From the human T2T-CHM13v2.0 reference genome, Homo sapiens: DNA of 64,000 nucleotides. A program made the position numbers and the translations under genes. Within the stretch, counting starts at the first letter, position 1, and each line of letters starts with the position of its first letter. The DNA lies in assembly GCF_009914755.1 (NCBI RefSeq), contig NC_060937.1. One strand, 5' to 3'. The notes beneath the pieces were generated by a model. That model did not search any database. It was not told the origin of the DNA and worked only from the letters and a program-made list of their open reading frames with translations. Positions 1-14,798 of this stretch are shown piece by piece.

Positions 1-626
1 AAGGTGTATGTCTTCTCTTGTAAACAGAGAGAAGGGAGATTGTGAAAGGTACAAGAGGCAGGGGAGCAGCCCACTGAGCTACCCCAGGAATTTCCCTGAC
101 AATCAGTTTTAAGGAGGACATGCAGAAGTTGAAGATGTGGAACACACATCCCATCTAAGGGGTGACATCCTTCAGTTTGTGGACAGCTGGTCTAATTCAC
201 TGGAGGAGGAACACAGCTCCCCTGGGGCCATGCTCTGGCCACAGAACAGTGTGCAAGAGGTCATTTATGTTCAGGTAGCTTTTCTTATCTCTCCACTCTT
301 GCTCTGGTCTTTAACAGCTTTCCTTCAGGGGCACGTAGAGGGCATGGCTGTGATATGCCTGTGTCATGCTTTTTAAAGAGTAGTCCTCCTGGAAAATAAC
401 TCATCCTTCTCTAGGTCTGGAAGATGACTTTGGCCTCCAGGAGCTGTCTAGCAAAAGCTGAATGCCAGTTTACAGCAGCTGTCTGTTCATACAGACAGGT
501 CAAGAGGTTTCCTGCCTGGTGGGTGGCTGGACAAAGTGCCCAGGGTGGACGAAGATAGTTACACCATAGGGCCTGAGTGAGCGGGAGACACTAAGATGAT
601 TCACTGTCTGCTGAGGAGCACCTTGA

Positions 627-1115
<489 letters not shown>

Positions 1116-1448
1116 AACATTCTGTACTTTTTAAGGGCATGTCTTGTGTTTTGCCTTGTGTTATAATTCTTTAACTACATGTCTCAAGGCCCTTTGAAGA
1201 GAGAGAGTCAATTCCATCTCTATACTTCCCAGCTGTCTAGCTCAATATCTGGTACAGGGCAGGTACTCAGAAATTGCTACCCTATTTCTTCAGATCAAAG
1301 CAGGCACTTCTTCTCTCCACACGTCTAAAGAACAACAGGTTGGGTTCTAAAACCTGATAGCTTCTTCTGGAGCTCCAGCAACAGGCATCCGTGAGCGTGA
1401 GGGAATTGTGATTGTGATCAGGGAATTTGTCATGGATTGATGACCAAG

Positions 1449-2278
1449 TGTGGAAAAACTCAAACTGTTTGTCCTCTGCTCTCATACCCGAAAAATTAGC
1501 ACAGAAGACACCTGTGACCACATGTGTGGGATGTCTCCCCACCAGCAAGCAAGCAATCAATAAGTTCTGGAGGGGACACCAGCTGGGTATCCTCTGGCCC
1601 AGTTTGATTCCAATCTGTCTACGTGGAGATAATGTCAGATCCCACAGGCTGAGGGCTCAGTCCCCAAGATTGCCCCCATCTCTAACTTCTGATGCCAATT
1701 GCAAGCTCCAGGTTATTTTGCCAGTGTTTCTGACCTACTGGCTACAAATTGGGGTTCTCACAACGCTTTCCTTGGCTTCAATCAGTTTGCTAGAGCAGTT
1801 CAGAGAAATACAATTACTGGTTTATGATAAAGGACATTACAAAGGATACAGATGAAGAGACGCATAGGGCAAGATATGGGGGAAGAGTGTGAAACTTCCA
1901 TGACCTCCCAGGAGCCTTCAGGAACCTCCATGAGTTTAGCTATCTGGAAGCTCTCATAACACTGTCCTTTTGAGTTTTTATAGAGGCTTTATCATGTGGG
2001 CATGATTGATAAAACCACTGGCTATTGGTGATCAACTTAAACTTTGGCCCCTCTCCCCTCTCTGGAGGTAGGGTTTGGGGCTGAAAGTCCCCATCTTTTA
2101 GTCCTGCCTTGGTCTTTCTGGTGACCAGCCCCCATACTGAAGCTATCTAGGGGCTGCTGGCCACCAGTCCAGTGGGTGGCACACAGAAGGACACATATCA
2201 CTGAAGATTCCAAGAATTTTTGGAGTTGTATTTCAGGAAATGGGTAGGAAGATCAAACATACATTTTACAATATCACA
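1449..2278 (-). mobile_element. MER21-family ERVL solo LTR
   Basis: TG...CA termini; right end ...ACAATATCACA is the reverse complement of the MER21 start TGTGATATTGT; internal CAGAAGAC..TGTGACCA and GGACACCAGCTGGGT motifs. Confidence 0.85.
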
Positions 2279-2670
2279 ATGGCATACCTTCAGATAGCAT
2301 TTCGAAGGTGCTGCCTGGTGCTTAAAGGTCAGTAGACCCGAGTTCAGTGACGACCTTGGTGTGCTAGGCATCCAGGGGAAAACAGGAAGCCCAACCTTGT
2401 TCATGGATTTTTTTTCCCTTTCATAGGAGAGACTGTGCTCAAGATCCAGATTCATTTGTTGATTCTCATAGCTTTAAAAACATGCCAAGTGCCCACAGGT
2501 CTTTGGGAATCTTTCCAAATTTTATCAAAGACACAGATGCATAATAAAATAAACAGAAATTAAACTTTATCCTAACCTCCAAAGTATACAACTCCCAACT
2601 AAATGTGTAGCTTTGATTTAAATGATGGGTTATGTACCGTCACTTAATGGGGACAGGATAAGTGAGAAGT

Positions 2671-2749
2671 ATTTTGGTGCAAAAGTAATTGCGGTTCTTG
2701 CCATTACTTTTAATGGAAAAAAACTGCAATTACTTTTCCATCAACCTAA
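2671..2749. mobile_element. MADE1 (Hsmar1 mariner-derived 80-bp MITE)
   Basis: TTGGTGCAAAAGTAATTGCGGTT...AACTGCAATTACTTTTCCATCAACCTAA, a near-palindrome of two TIRs. Confidence 0.93.
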
Positions 2750-3155
2750 CAGGACAAGGGATGAAAAAGTTCTACCTAAAGTGTATCTAAATTGATAGGG
2801 ACTAAGTTCATTTGGATAATCATAAATCTGCAAATAAATAGGAGGGTAGTTGGAGGGATTCTGCAGTGTGAGGGTTTTCCAAAGCAAACCAGCTGAGCTG
2901 GACCAAAGAACTGAGAAAACAGGGACTGTGTAAATTGTTTTATTACTCAATGCATAAAGAATTATGCCTCTGGAAAAGTGTGGTTTCATTCTGTACTATA
3001 AAGATGAAAGTCTTGGCTATCACGTGGGAAGGCAAGTTCTTGAATGGAAATATGTGCTAAGGTAGATGGCCCAACATGATGGTTTCTTGCCTGGGAGCTT
3101 CTTGTTCCTAGTGCTGCTGTTGCATAACTGAGTGACTTTGGCTGAAGATCTGTTC

Positions 3156-3322
3156 CTTTTCTTCTTTTTCCAGAGATAGGGTCTTGCTCTGTTGCCCAGG
3201 CTGGAGTGCAGTGGTACAGTCTTGGTTCACTGCAGCCTCTACCTCCTTGGCACAAGCAACTCTCCCAACTCAGTGTCCTGAGAAGTTGGGACTATAGGCG
3301 CTTGCCTCCACACAGGATAATT
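3156..3322 (-). mobile_element. Alu right arm (AluJ/FRAM-like)
   Basis: Antisense right monomer with GGGTCTTGCTCTGTTGCCCAGG and CACTGCAGCCTC; no own left arm. Confidence 0.88.
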
Positions 3323-3690
<368 letters not shown>

Positions 3691-4128
3691 TAATTCATTT
3701 TATGAAATAGTTGCTCATTCTTTAGATGCTAAAATTTAGAGAATTCCTCCACTGCCTCTCACTCAACCTGCCATTTTCCATTGAGCACTTTCTCTGGGCT
3801 CTGCACACCTGGCACTTGAAAAAGCCTCTGGGTATTTGGCAGCCAGCATGTTCTCATGGAGACCAGTTCTACTCTGAGAGAGTTTTCCAATCTGGCTGTA
3901 AATTGGGGTTAGCGAGGGCAGCCTCTATCCTGCTAAGAAACAAAGCCAGCCTTTTATAGAGCCAAGAAGCTGGCTCTTTACCGCATGTTTTTTTCAACAT
4001 CCTCTATAAAAAACCCTTTGTGGTGTTTATTGGATGACCTCTCACTGACCTTTCTCTTGTGTTCTAAATGCCATTCTCATGCCAAACTCCATAAGAGTTA
4101 TTGTTTTCCATCTTTTTTTCTGCATTAT

Positions 4129-4307
4129 TAGGGTTATCAGACTTAGCAAATAAAAATATAAGATGCTGAGTTAAATTTGAATTTCATATAAATAATGAAT
4201 AATCTTTAATATATAAGACTTGGAACATACTTGGATTTAAAAATTATTAATTATTTATCTGAAATTGAAATATGACTGGGTGTCCTGTGTTTCACCTGGC
4301 AACTCTA
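4129..4307. mobile_element. MER53 hAT-type palindromic MITE
   Basis: AGGGTTATCAGACTTAGCAAATAAAAATA...TGTCCTGTGTTTCACCTGGCAACTCT with internal inverted repeat TTAAATTTGAATTTCA / TGAAATTGAAATATGA. Confidence 0.85.
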
Positions 4308-5214
4308 TACAGGGATTCAAATGTCCTAATTTTCATACCTTACTGAAATGTTTGTTTCATCTGTTTATCCCTCATCTCAGGAAATACTGCTACACAACCT
4401 TGAACTACTTCACACATCGAAAAAGAACACGTACTCTTTCTCTACCAAAAGTGAATTTATCAGTTACACATACAAGGTACACTTTTCCTTAATGACTGAG
4501 GTTTGTCTATTTTCTCTCTCTTTTTTTTTCTTTTGATGTTTGTAACTATTGCCTTTCAGCTTTCACCTTTTTATTTCCATCTCTGTCAGCACTTGCCTCA
4601 CTTTCTTAAATTTAAAAAAACCAAAAATCCCTTTATTTCAACCATGGAACATGCAGGAAGACCAGCAGTTCTCAAATCCTTTGGTTATATGGGTTAGGGA
4701 ATCCCATGAGTTCTGAATCTAGTGATAGAACAATCACATTGTACCTACTCTTTCAGTTACTAAGTAGTGCTTTTATGAATTAAAGATGATACTTAAATTT
4801 TGGGTTAAACTTTTGGAGGAAACCCCTTATTTTACTTTTGAAAATTAACATAGTTATCTGGGGGCGTGAAGGGGAGCACAGCAGCAACAACGGAAGCCTT
4901 CAGTGTTCACTTCTGGAGCCTCACGTCTTGACTGCTGCCACAACCAAGTTTTCCTGCCAAGTGCTTACACCCACAGAAAGGCTGTGGCCCCTCCTCGGAG
5001 TTGGGCTAACGTCCAGCCTCTGTCTACAGCAGTCTGTGTTGGAGCCTGCTGATGGGCTCCAGGTTATCTGGTCTAACAGGAGCTGATGCTATGCTCAGGG
5101 AAGCAACAGGGAATGAATGATAAAGAGGAAACAGAGCTGCCAGGATGAGTGATTGTCAAAGGTGGATGCTTTCCTGATTAGCTGCAGGGGAGACACGACA
5201 GGAAGGTCTAATCA

Positions 5215-6097
<883 letters not shown>

Positions 6098-6136
6098 AAG
6101 AACAGGATATCTGTTACACAAATTACCCCAGATTGC

Positions 6137-6860
6137 TGAAACCACCTTTGCAAAAATTATAGCAGTGAGAAAATTATGACAGTCAAAGAGACCTTCTCTA
6201 ACCAATTCCATCTTGCCTTTAACCTTCAAATTAACCTTGGTCATTCTGGAGCACGGGCCAAGCTAACTTTTGGATAAATTTAGTTTCTGGTTTAACCTTA
6301 AGGCAAGGATTATAATAGGCCTTCCCAAAACTAAACTACTTTTGTAAAACTAATGAAAGGTCACAAGGTTAGGAAGGTTAGGATTATTAGAGGGGCCTGA
6401 ATTCTGCTAAGATGCAGGCATAGTTAAATGATTACCAGTCATTGTTCTGGAAGTTACAAGATTTGTAATTTCCTCCATTACTCCTGTAAGTAACATCACT
6501 ATTGTAGAACCTAAAATTGGCCTTTCGAGATGTCTTTTCAGATTTTCATTTCTGACAACCAGATGACTCCACCTGGACCCATGTCCCTTACCCAGATGCT
6601 GACTCAGCGCATGAGGACTATTTTCTATGACCCTATGATTGCATCCCCAACAAATCAGCAGCACCCCTTCCCTAGCCCCCTGCCCACCAAACTATTGTTA
6701 AAAAACTGTAGCCTCTGGATTTTCAGGGAGGCTGGTTTGAGTAGTAATAAAACTCTGGTCTTCCATTTAGCTAACTCCTCTTTCTCTATTGCAATTCCCC
6801 TGTCTTGATAAATCAGCTGTATCTGGGCAGTGGGCAAGATGAGCCCATTGGGTGGTTACA
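6137..6860 (+). mobile_element. LTR8A-like ERV1 solo LTR
   Basis: Starts TGAAACCACCTTTGCAAAAATTATA, ends GGTGGTTACA; AATAAA near 6746; perfect 4-bp TSD TTGC. Confidence 0.9.
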
Positions 6861-7292
6861 TTGCTTAGACACAAGAGAGAGGATGCCCCTGGCAGGATCA
6901 AGTCTGAACTACCCACTCCGACATTTGAAGTGCCCATCATCAGGCCCAAGCCACATCTCCCCAGTCTGTCCCTTAGCCTCTCTTACTTGCTGAGGGGTAG
7001 TGTCAGTCAGGAGAGGCAGGGGCATAGAATCTGACTTTTTGCTGGTGCCTCTTCTGTGACACCAGCCACCTTCTGTAGAACACACCCAGCCAGGCAGCCT
7101 GGCTTCTTTGTGTCACTAGGCCACTTGTGATGCTTTCCTTCCATCCCTCTATTTGGAAAGGCCCCTCCTTTCCAGTTCTCTCTGCGTAACCCCCACTTCA
7201 CCCCATCTGGTCTGCTGGCACCCAAGCCTCTATTCTTGTCAGCTCCAGTGGGCAGATGGGTAAGTATGGAGGGGCACTTCCCCAATGAGCTT

Positions 7293-8190
<898 letters not shown>

Positions 8191-8352
8191 AGATATTTTT
8201 TTCTGCACTTTTTCCCACTAGCATATCATTTAATCTTCCTGGGGTGACCATTGTGGGTAAGTTATACTTTAGACTAGGGATGGTGCATATTATTTCTCTG
8301 CAGTTGGTTTCTGCTTCCTGCAGTGTTCTGGGTCCAAATCTGGAGAGTGTCC

Positions 8353-8665
8353 TGTTATGAACTCCGTGTTTGTGTCCCAATCCCCGCCCTGCAAATTTAT
8401 ATATTGAAACCCAGGAGTTAATTAGTTCTTGAGGGTGGAGAGCTAATGATGGGATTTGTCCCCTTATAAGAAGAGACAGGAGAGAGCTTGCTTCCTCTCT
8501 CTGCCAGGTGAAGACACAAGAAAGCAGAAAGAATGCCCTCACCAAGAACCTGGCCATGCTGGTACCCTGATCTTGGACTTCCAGCTCCAGAAGTGAGAAA
8601 GAAATATTTGTTGTTTAACCCACCCAGGCTATGGTATTTTTATCACAGCAGCCTGAGCTAAGACA
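8353..8665 (+). mobile_element. MLT1A/MST-type MaLR LTR
   Basis: TGTTATG...GTTTGTGTCCC, CCCTTATAAGAAGAGAC, ends GAGCTAAGACA. Confidence 0.85.
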
Positions 8666-8685
8666 CGCCCACACCCCACCCTACT

Positions 8686-9070
8686 TGTATTAGTCTGTTC
8701 TTAGACGCTATAAATATACTACTCAAGACTGGGTAATTTATAAAGGAAAGAGGTTTAATTGACTCACAGTTCTGCATGGCTAGGGAGTCCTCAGGAAACT
8801 TACAATCATGGCAGAAGGCAAAGGGTAAGCAAGCTTGGACCTTCCCACATGGCAGCAGGAGAGAGTGAGCATGTGTGAAGGAAGCAAAAGGGGAAGAGCC
8901 CCTTGTAAAACCATCAGATCTCGTGAGAACTCACTATCATGAGAACAGCATGGGAAAAACTGCCCCCATGATCCAATCACCTCCCACTGGGCCCTCCCTT
9001 GACACGTGGGGATTATGGGGATTACAAATCAAGATGTGATTTCAGTGGGGACACAGCCAAACCATATTGC
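8686..9070 (-). mobile_element. MSTA/THE1D-type MaLR LTR
   Basis: TGTATTAGTCTGTTCT...GACTCACAGTTC...GGGGACACAGCCAAACCATA. Confidence 0.92.
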
Positions 9071-9586
9071 CACTGTAGAGGTTCTCTGTCTCACCTCTTG
9101 CCCTCAGCTGGCGAGGTGGCCAGTGTGTGTGGTGATTCTTAGTCTGTGGGGGATGAGGGGCTGCTGAGGAATGAGTAAAGAAAGAAGAAGCAAAATCAGA
9201 CTTTAGTGGCAGCTTGACTTGACCCTGGAATTCAGAGTACCATTCATTCCTCAGTGGGATGTTGCTTTGGGCAGCTGAATTTTGCTTAGGGACAAATGCC
9301 CTTTCCCTCCAGCCTGAGAGTCATGTCCCCTCAGTGCCTGGCCCGTGACACCTGTTTTGGCCTCTCTGTTGCCTCATGTTGGTAAATGTTGTTTCTATGT
9401 TTGCCTTTACCTATGAGTGTGTGTGCACACCTGTTTAGGTGACATGTCTGTGAGTCTGATGGCTTTGTCCTGGCCACCTGGCTGAGAGGTCACCATGTCT
9501 CCTTGGGCAGCTCCTCAGGGCTGGTGGCCCTCAAACTGCCTAAGACACACCCGAAGGAAAGTCCCTTGGAAAACTTTGTTTGGGAG

Positions 9587-10967
9587 TGTCAATGAAAAGG
9601 CCAAACTCCATAAAATATTTAAAGAGGTTTACTCTGAGCCAAAAAATGAGCAACCATAGCCTGAGGCACAGTCTCAAAGGTTTTGAAAACATGTGCCCAA
9701 CGTGGTCAGGCTATAGCTTTGTAGCAGGACGAGCCGCAGACAAAACCTCTCAGACAGCGAGTTGTAGAAGGAAGGGCTTTATTCAGCTGGGAGCATCAGC
9801 AAGCTACTGCCTTAAAATCCGAGCTCCCCGAATGCACAATTTCTGTCCCTTTTAAGGGCTCACAACACTGAAGATTTCACATGAAAGGGTCATGATTGAT
9901 TTGAGCAAGCAGGCTGTACGTGACAGGGGCTGCATGCACTGGTGGTCAGAGAGAAACAGAACAGGGCAGGGAGTTTCACAATGTTCTTCTATACAATGTC
10001 TGGAATCTGTGAATAACATCGGATTCTAAGTTATGAGTTGATTTTTAACTAGTGGGTTTAGGCCAGGCAGGCCTAGGCCTGGTTTCGGGCCTGGCACCGG
10101 GCTGCCTGCCTTTGGTTTTACTTCCTTGTTGTTTTTTCTTAAAACAGGTACGAGTATAAAACAATATAAAACAATGTGAGAGGGTCTCTCTCTTCCCTCA
10201 GCTTGGTGTCATACCTTTTAGGGAGACATAAAACATTAATCGATACATGTGTGGTATGCATTGGTTTGGTCTGGAAAGGCAGGACAACTTGGTGGGGAGA
10301 GTTTACAGGTCATAGGTGGATTCAAAGATTTTCTGACTGGCAGTTGGTTGAAAGAGTTAAGTTATTATCTAAAGACCTGAAATCAATAGAAAGGAGTGTC
10401 CGGGTTAAGATAAGAGGTTGTGGAGACCAAGGTTCTTATTATATAGGTGAAGTCTCATAGTTGAGACTTCTTAGAGACAATAGTTGGCAAATGTTTCTTA
10501 TTTAGGCCTTTGAAAGGTGCTAGACTCTTAATCTTTTCAGGATCAGGAGGCCCTGGAAGGGGAAAGACTCTATGTTAACAGAGATTCTTTACAGATGCAA
10601 ATTTACCCCCATAAAAGATGGCTATGCAGGACCATTTCAAAATATGGCAAAGAAACATATTTTGGAGTAAAATATTTTGATTTCCTTCTTTATCTGTCAT
10701 GTGATGTTATACTAGAGTCAGGTTGGAATTTGATGTCTTATTGCTACAAGGTAGCAATAAGATCTCTCTTTTAATGTTAATGCGGGTCAATTGTGCCTGA
10801 ATTCCAGAAAGGAATTCCAGAAAGGAGAAAGTATAAGGAGACACATCTGACACCCTGTCTTCCCCTCATAGCCTAAACTAGTTTTTCTGGTTTTCTTTCG
10901 GTCCCCCTGAATCCAGAGGGGTCCATTCAGTCTGTTGGGGAGCTTAGAATTTTATTTTTGGTTTACA
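9587..10967 (-). mobile_element. MER4-family ERV1 solo LTR, split by LTR15
   Basis: TGTCAATGAAAAGG...TTTTATTTTTGGTTTACA; flanks GGAG/GGGG; host sequence resumes cleanly after the insert. Confidence 0.87.
9720..10200 (-). mobile_element. LTR15 solo LTR nested in MER4
   Basis: TGTAGCAGGACGAGCCGCAGAC...GGTCTCTCTCTTCCCTCA; perfect 4-bp TSD GCTT at 9716-9719 and 10201-10204. Confidence 0.9.
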
Positions 10968-11315
10968 GGGGCCATAGCATTTAAACTTCATTACTGTGTA
11001 AAGTTAAAGGACCAAGTGAAAAATAAGCTGCACTTTTTTCCACCTATTATCTCATTTAATCGTCCTGGGGTGACCACAGTGGGCAAGTATTACAATTTCC
11101 TCAGTTTTTTGCATAAAGAATCTGAGGCTCAGAAAGCTGAATAAGGAACTTAGGTCCTTTAATTCTAGCTTCTCTGCCCTTATCATTTCCCCCTTGGGGT
11201 TTTCCTGTGGCTGTAATTTAATTTCTTTTATGCAGTAGCTGAAAATAATTTATTTTTTATAATGCTTTTTTTGGTGGTAAAAGCAATCCATGCTCTTTGT
11301 TTAACAGAAATAGTA

Positions 11316-11796
11316 CAGTTGACCCTTGAACAACACAGAGGTTAGGGGCACTAACCGCCACCCCCCCCTCACCATGCAGTTGAAAATCCATGTATCATTT
11401 TTGACTCCCCCAAAACTTAACTACTAATAGGCTACTGCTGACCAGAGTCCTTACTAATAACATAAACAGTTGATTAATGCATATATAGGGTGTTATATGC
11501 ATTATAAACTGTAAGCTAGAGAAGAGAAAATGGTGTTAAGAAAATCATGAGGAAGAGAAAGTATATTCACTCTTCATTAAGTGAAGCTGGATCTTCATCT
11601 TTTTCTTCACGTTGAACAGGCTGAGGAAGAGGAGGGGGAGAAGGAGGGATTGGTCTTGCTGTCTCAAGGGTGGCAAAAGTGGAAGAGGTGGAGGAGGTGG
11701 AAGGAGAGGCAGGAGAGGCAGCACACTCAGTGTAACTTTTATTGAAAAAACCTGCATAAAAGTGCAATTCAAACCATGTTATTCAAGGGCCAGCCG
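11316..11796. mobile_element. Tigger2a (MER28)-type TcMar DNA transposon
   Basis: TIRs CAGTTGACCCTTGAACAACA / TGTTATTCAAGGGCCAGCCG, each flanked by TA. Confidence 0.9.
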
Positions 11797-12766
11797 TACA
11801 AACCTCCAGAAGAATATAAAGTGAAGAATGCCTGCACCTCCTTCTCCATCCTATTCCCCTAAGGTAATTACTCCAGGGACAGTTTGGGTCCCACCCCAAT
11901 ATTCATTGCATATGTTAATGTCCTGGTGAATTCTATCTTTTATCGAATTTCTGCATCAGGTCTGCCTGTTCTTCCCTCGATGGTTTCCTCACAGCCTCCC
12001 ACAGTGTGTCGTAAGGAACCCAAAGGGTGTGATTGCTAGTGTCATGCTTGCTTGGTGTGTGTCCACTGCCTGGGGCCTGGCACTCTGCCTCAACCCACCT
12101 GAGGGCAGGCGTGCAACCCAGCCCTTCATGGATTGTTTTACTTTTCTTATTTACTTCAGGAAACATCTCTGTTCCTCTTGAGCATATTTTCTCTCTTTAA
12201 TTATGGAGTGTTTTTGCCTGGGGAGTGGGTACAGAGGTGAGATAGGAAAAGTGGAAAGGAAGATCATCTTGTCGGGATAAGTGAATGAAGTCCTCCTGCA
12301 GAAAGATTTTCCGCAGGTGGTAGGTCGCGAGCTTCAGGGGGCCTGTTGTGAGATTTTGCCGCAGCCTGAATCATTATTTCAAACAAGGTGCAGCAGGGTT
12401 TAGCTTTCTGCTTTCCCTGAAGGATTTGTCAGGGTAGCTTAGTGTTTTGATTAATTAACTTAAAGCTGGGATTCTATATAAATGCAAATTGTCACCTTCC
12501 CCCACCCATTCAGTCCCTTTCAGGCACAGAAATGAGTAAGAGCTGGGGAAAATGAGGTGGAGTTGAAATTGCCAGCTGTCTGTGGCCTCATTTGAATTTT
12601 CAGGGGAAAGGGGACCCTGACTGTGCAAATGCAATACTCACAGTACAGCATTTGCAAAATGGACCAGCTGGAGCAGAGGCTTAGCCTTTGCCACCCAGGT
12701 CAGCAGCACAACACTAACAGGACAGGAACACAGGGATGCCACTAAGGAATATTTCAGATTTGAACA

Positions 12767-13144
12767 TGCGATGGACTAAATGTGTCCCCCCAAAATTCAT
12801 ATGTTTAAATCCTAACCCCCAAGGTGATGGTATTTGGAGGTAGGGCCTTTGGGAGGTGATTAGGTGATGAGGGTGGAGTCCTAACAGATGGGATTAGCAC
12901 CCTTATAAAAGAGACTCCAGAGAGCTCCCTCCCCGCTTCCTCCATGTGAGGGCACAGTGAGAAAACAGTCGTCTACGAACCGGGAAATGGTCTCTCAGCA
13001 GACACTGAATCAGCTGGCACCCTGATCTTAGACTTCCCAGCTCCAGAACCGTGGGAAATAAACTTCTGTTGTTTATAAACAAGCCAGTTTATGATATTTT
13101 TGTAATGAACTAAACAGAATGCACAGCCTGAAAGAACTAAAACA
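12767..13144 (+). mobile_element. MLT1A0/MLT1B MaLR LTR
   Basis: TGCGATGGACTAAATGTGTCCCCCCAAAATTCATATG...AATAAACTTCTGTTG...CTAAAACA. Confidence 0.9.
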
Positions 13145-13217
13145 GAAGGGGGAAAATGTCACAAAAAGTCTGATCTTTGTAGAGGCAAAGGAAAGCACAT
13201 TTATGGAATTGTTAAAG

Positions 13218-13672
13218 TGTCAGGCCTCTGAGCCCAAGCTAAGCCATCACATCCCCTGTGACCTGCACGTATATGCCCGGATGGCCTGAAGTAACTGAAG
13301 AATCACAAAAGAAGTGAAAATGGCCTGTTCCTGACTTAACTGATGACATTCCACCGCAAAAGAAATGAAAATGGCCGGTCCTTGCCTTAACTGATGACAT
13401 TACCTTGTGAAATTCCTTCTCCTGGCTCATCCTGGCTCAAAAAGCTCCCTCACTGAGCACCTTGTGACCCCCACTCCTGCCCGCCAGAGAACAACCCTTC
13501 TTTGACTGTAATTTTCCTTTACCTACCCAAATCTTATAAAACGGCCCCACCCTTATCTCCCCTTCGCTGACTCTCTTTTCAGACTCAGACCGCCTGCACC
13601 CAGGTGAAATAAACAGCCTTGTTTCTCACACAAAGCCTGTTTGGTGGTCTCTTCACACGGATGCGAGTGAAA
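13218..13672 (+). mobile_element. LTR7 (HERV-H) solo LTR
   Basis: TGTCAGGCCTCTGAGCCCAAG start, two U3 repeat units, TATAAAA, AATAAA, ends GAGTGAAA; 5-bp TSD TAAAG/AAAAG; no PBS downstream. Confidence 0.96.
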
Positions 13673-14146
13673 AAAAGCACATTAGATTTTGACTTCAAAT
13701 TTATTAGTCACTGATGTTTAATTTCCATGCAAGGCAGAGTGTGGGTGTGGAAGGGAGGACTCGGAGGGTGACAGGGAGCAGGTGTACTACCCACCCCACA
13801 CCCTACGGCCTCACCTCCTTGACAGGCAGGGAAGAGCCAGACTGAGTGGTTACACATTCCTGGGCTGCCATGAATGGCGTGGGTGAACTGAGACATGAAA
13901 CCTAACCTCTGGGGCCACTGGATATCTGTGGACGTGAGAGTCACCTCACAGGAAAGCTGTGGACATTTGACAAGATGTTTTTGCAAGTTGCACCTGACAA
14001 CTCCCTAACAAATACCAGCTGATGTAAGGATGACTTTGCCCCAGTAGGGTTTTATTATTTCTTTGCTTTTGATACTTTTCTACCAGGACCTGCAGAGGGT
14101 GGCAGAGTGCTTTGCTGATCTGTCCCTTCTTCCTGCCTCAGGTTCT

Positions 14147-14412
14147 CAGGGCCAATTTCCCCATTAGGTGGAGCAGGCACTGTGCCTAGAGCCCATGAGA
14201 CTTTTAGGGACCCATGAAAGTGTTTTAATTACTTTCAAAATCAGAAGAAAAAATAGAATATTAATGAATACCTAATAATGAATCTAGACTATGTCAATTT
14301 TTAAACCAATACAGTTGTTTCAAATACAATTTTTAATTTTTTTTTTTTTAATGAAGAGGGAGCCACGGAGGCAAAAGTGCTGTCAGCCCAAGAATGTGAT
14401 AATGCCACCCTG
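14147..14412. mobile_element. Non-autonomous hAT (Tip100-like) DNA transposon
   Basis: CAGGG...CCCTG termini with 8-bp TSD CAGGTTCT/TAGGTTCT. Confidence 0.8.
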
Positions 14413-14715
14413 TAGGTTCTGGAACTCACCTCAGAGAGTGAGTTGGCAGCATGGGTTGCTGCTTGCTGTTGTTTGCTCAGGTAATGGAACAGGTGGAGCC
14501 TGAAAGGAGATTTGTGTAGTGAGTATGGTAAGCCATGCTGACTTCAGTGTGGGAGTGAAGAGGACCACGTCAGAGCATTTTTCAGAGAGCTGAAGGTTGC
14601 ATCTTAAATCTAAAGTGGTTGCTTGTCGACACTAGCTATTTTTGATGAAAATTTCCTTATCATGCATTGCATACCCTAGCCTTCTTTGTTCATTTTTAAC
14701 TTTTATCAAGAAAAG

Positions 14716-14798
14716 GTATGGATATATGTGTATACAAACATATACACATATATGTAAGCACAAATACACACGTATGTGTGTGTATACACTTGTGTGTG
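14716..14798. repeat. Degenerate (TA/CA/TG)n microsatellite
   Basis: Alternating purine-pyrimidine tract that resumes at 15349-15375 after MER41. Confidence 0.8.

Noticed and set aside
10799-10824. 13-bp tandem duplication GAATTCCAGAAAG (a similar 14-bp one lies near 34416-34443)
   Set aside because: Ordinary slippage duplications inside LTRs.
11545-11824. Proline/arginine-rich ORFs
   Set aside because: They come from the GA-rich interior of the Tigger2a element.
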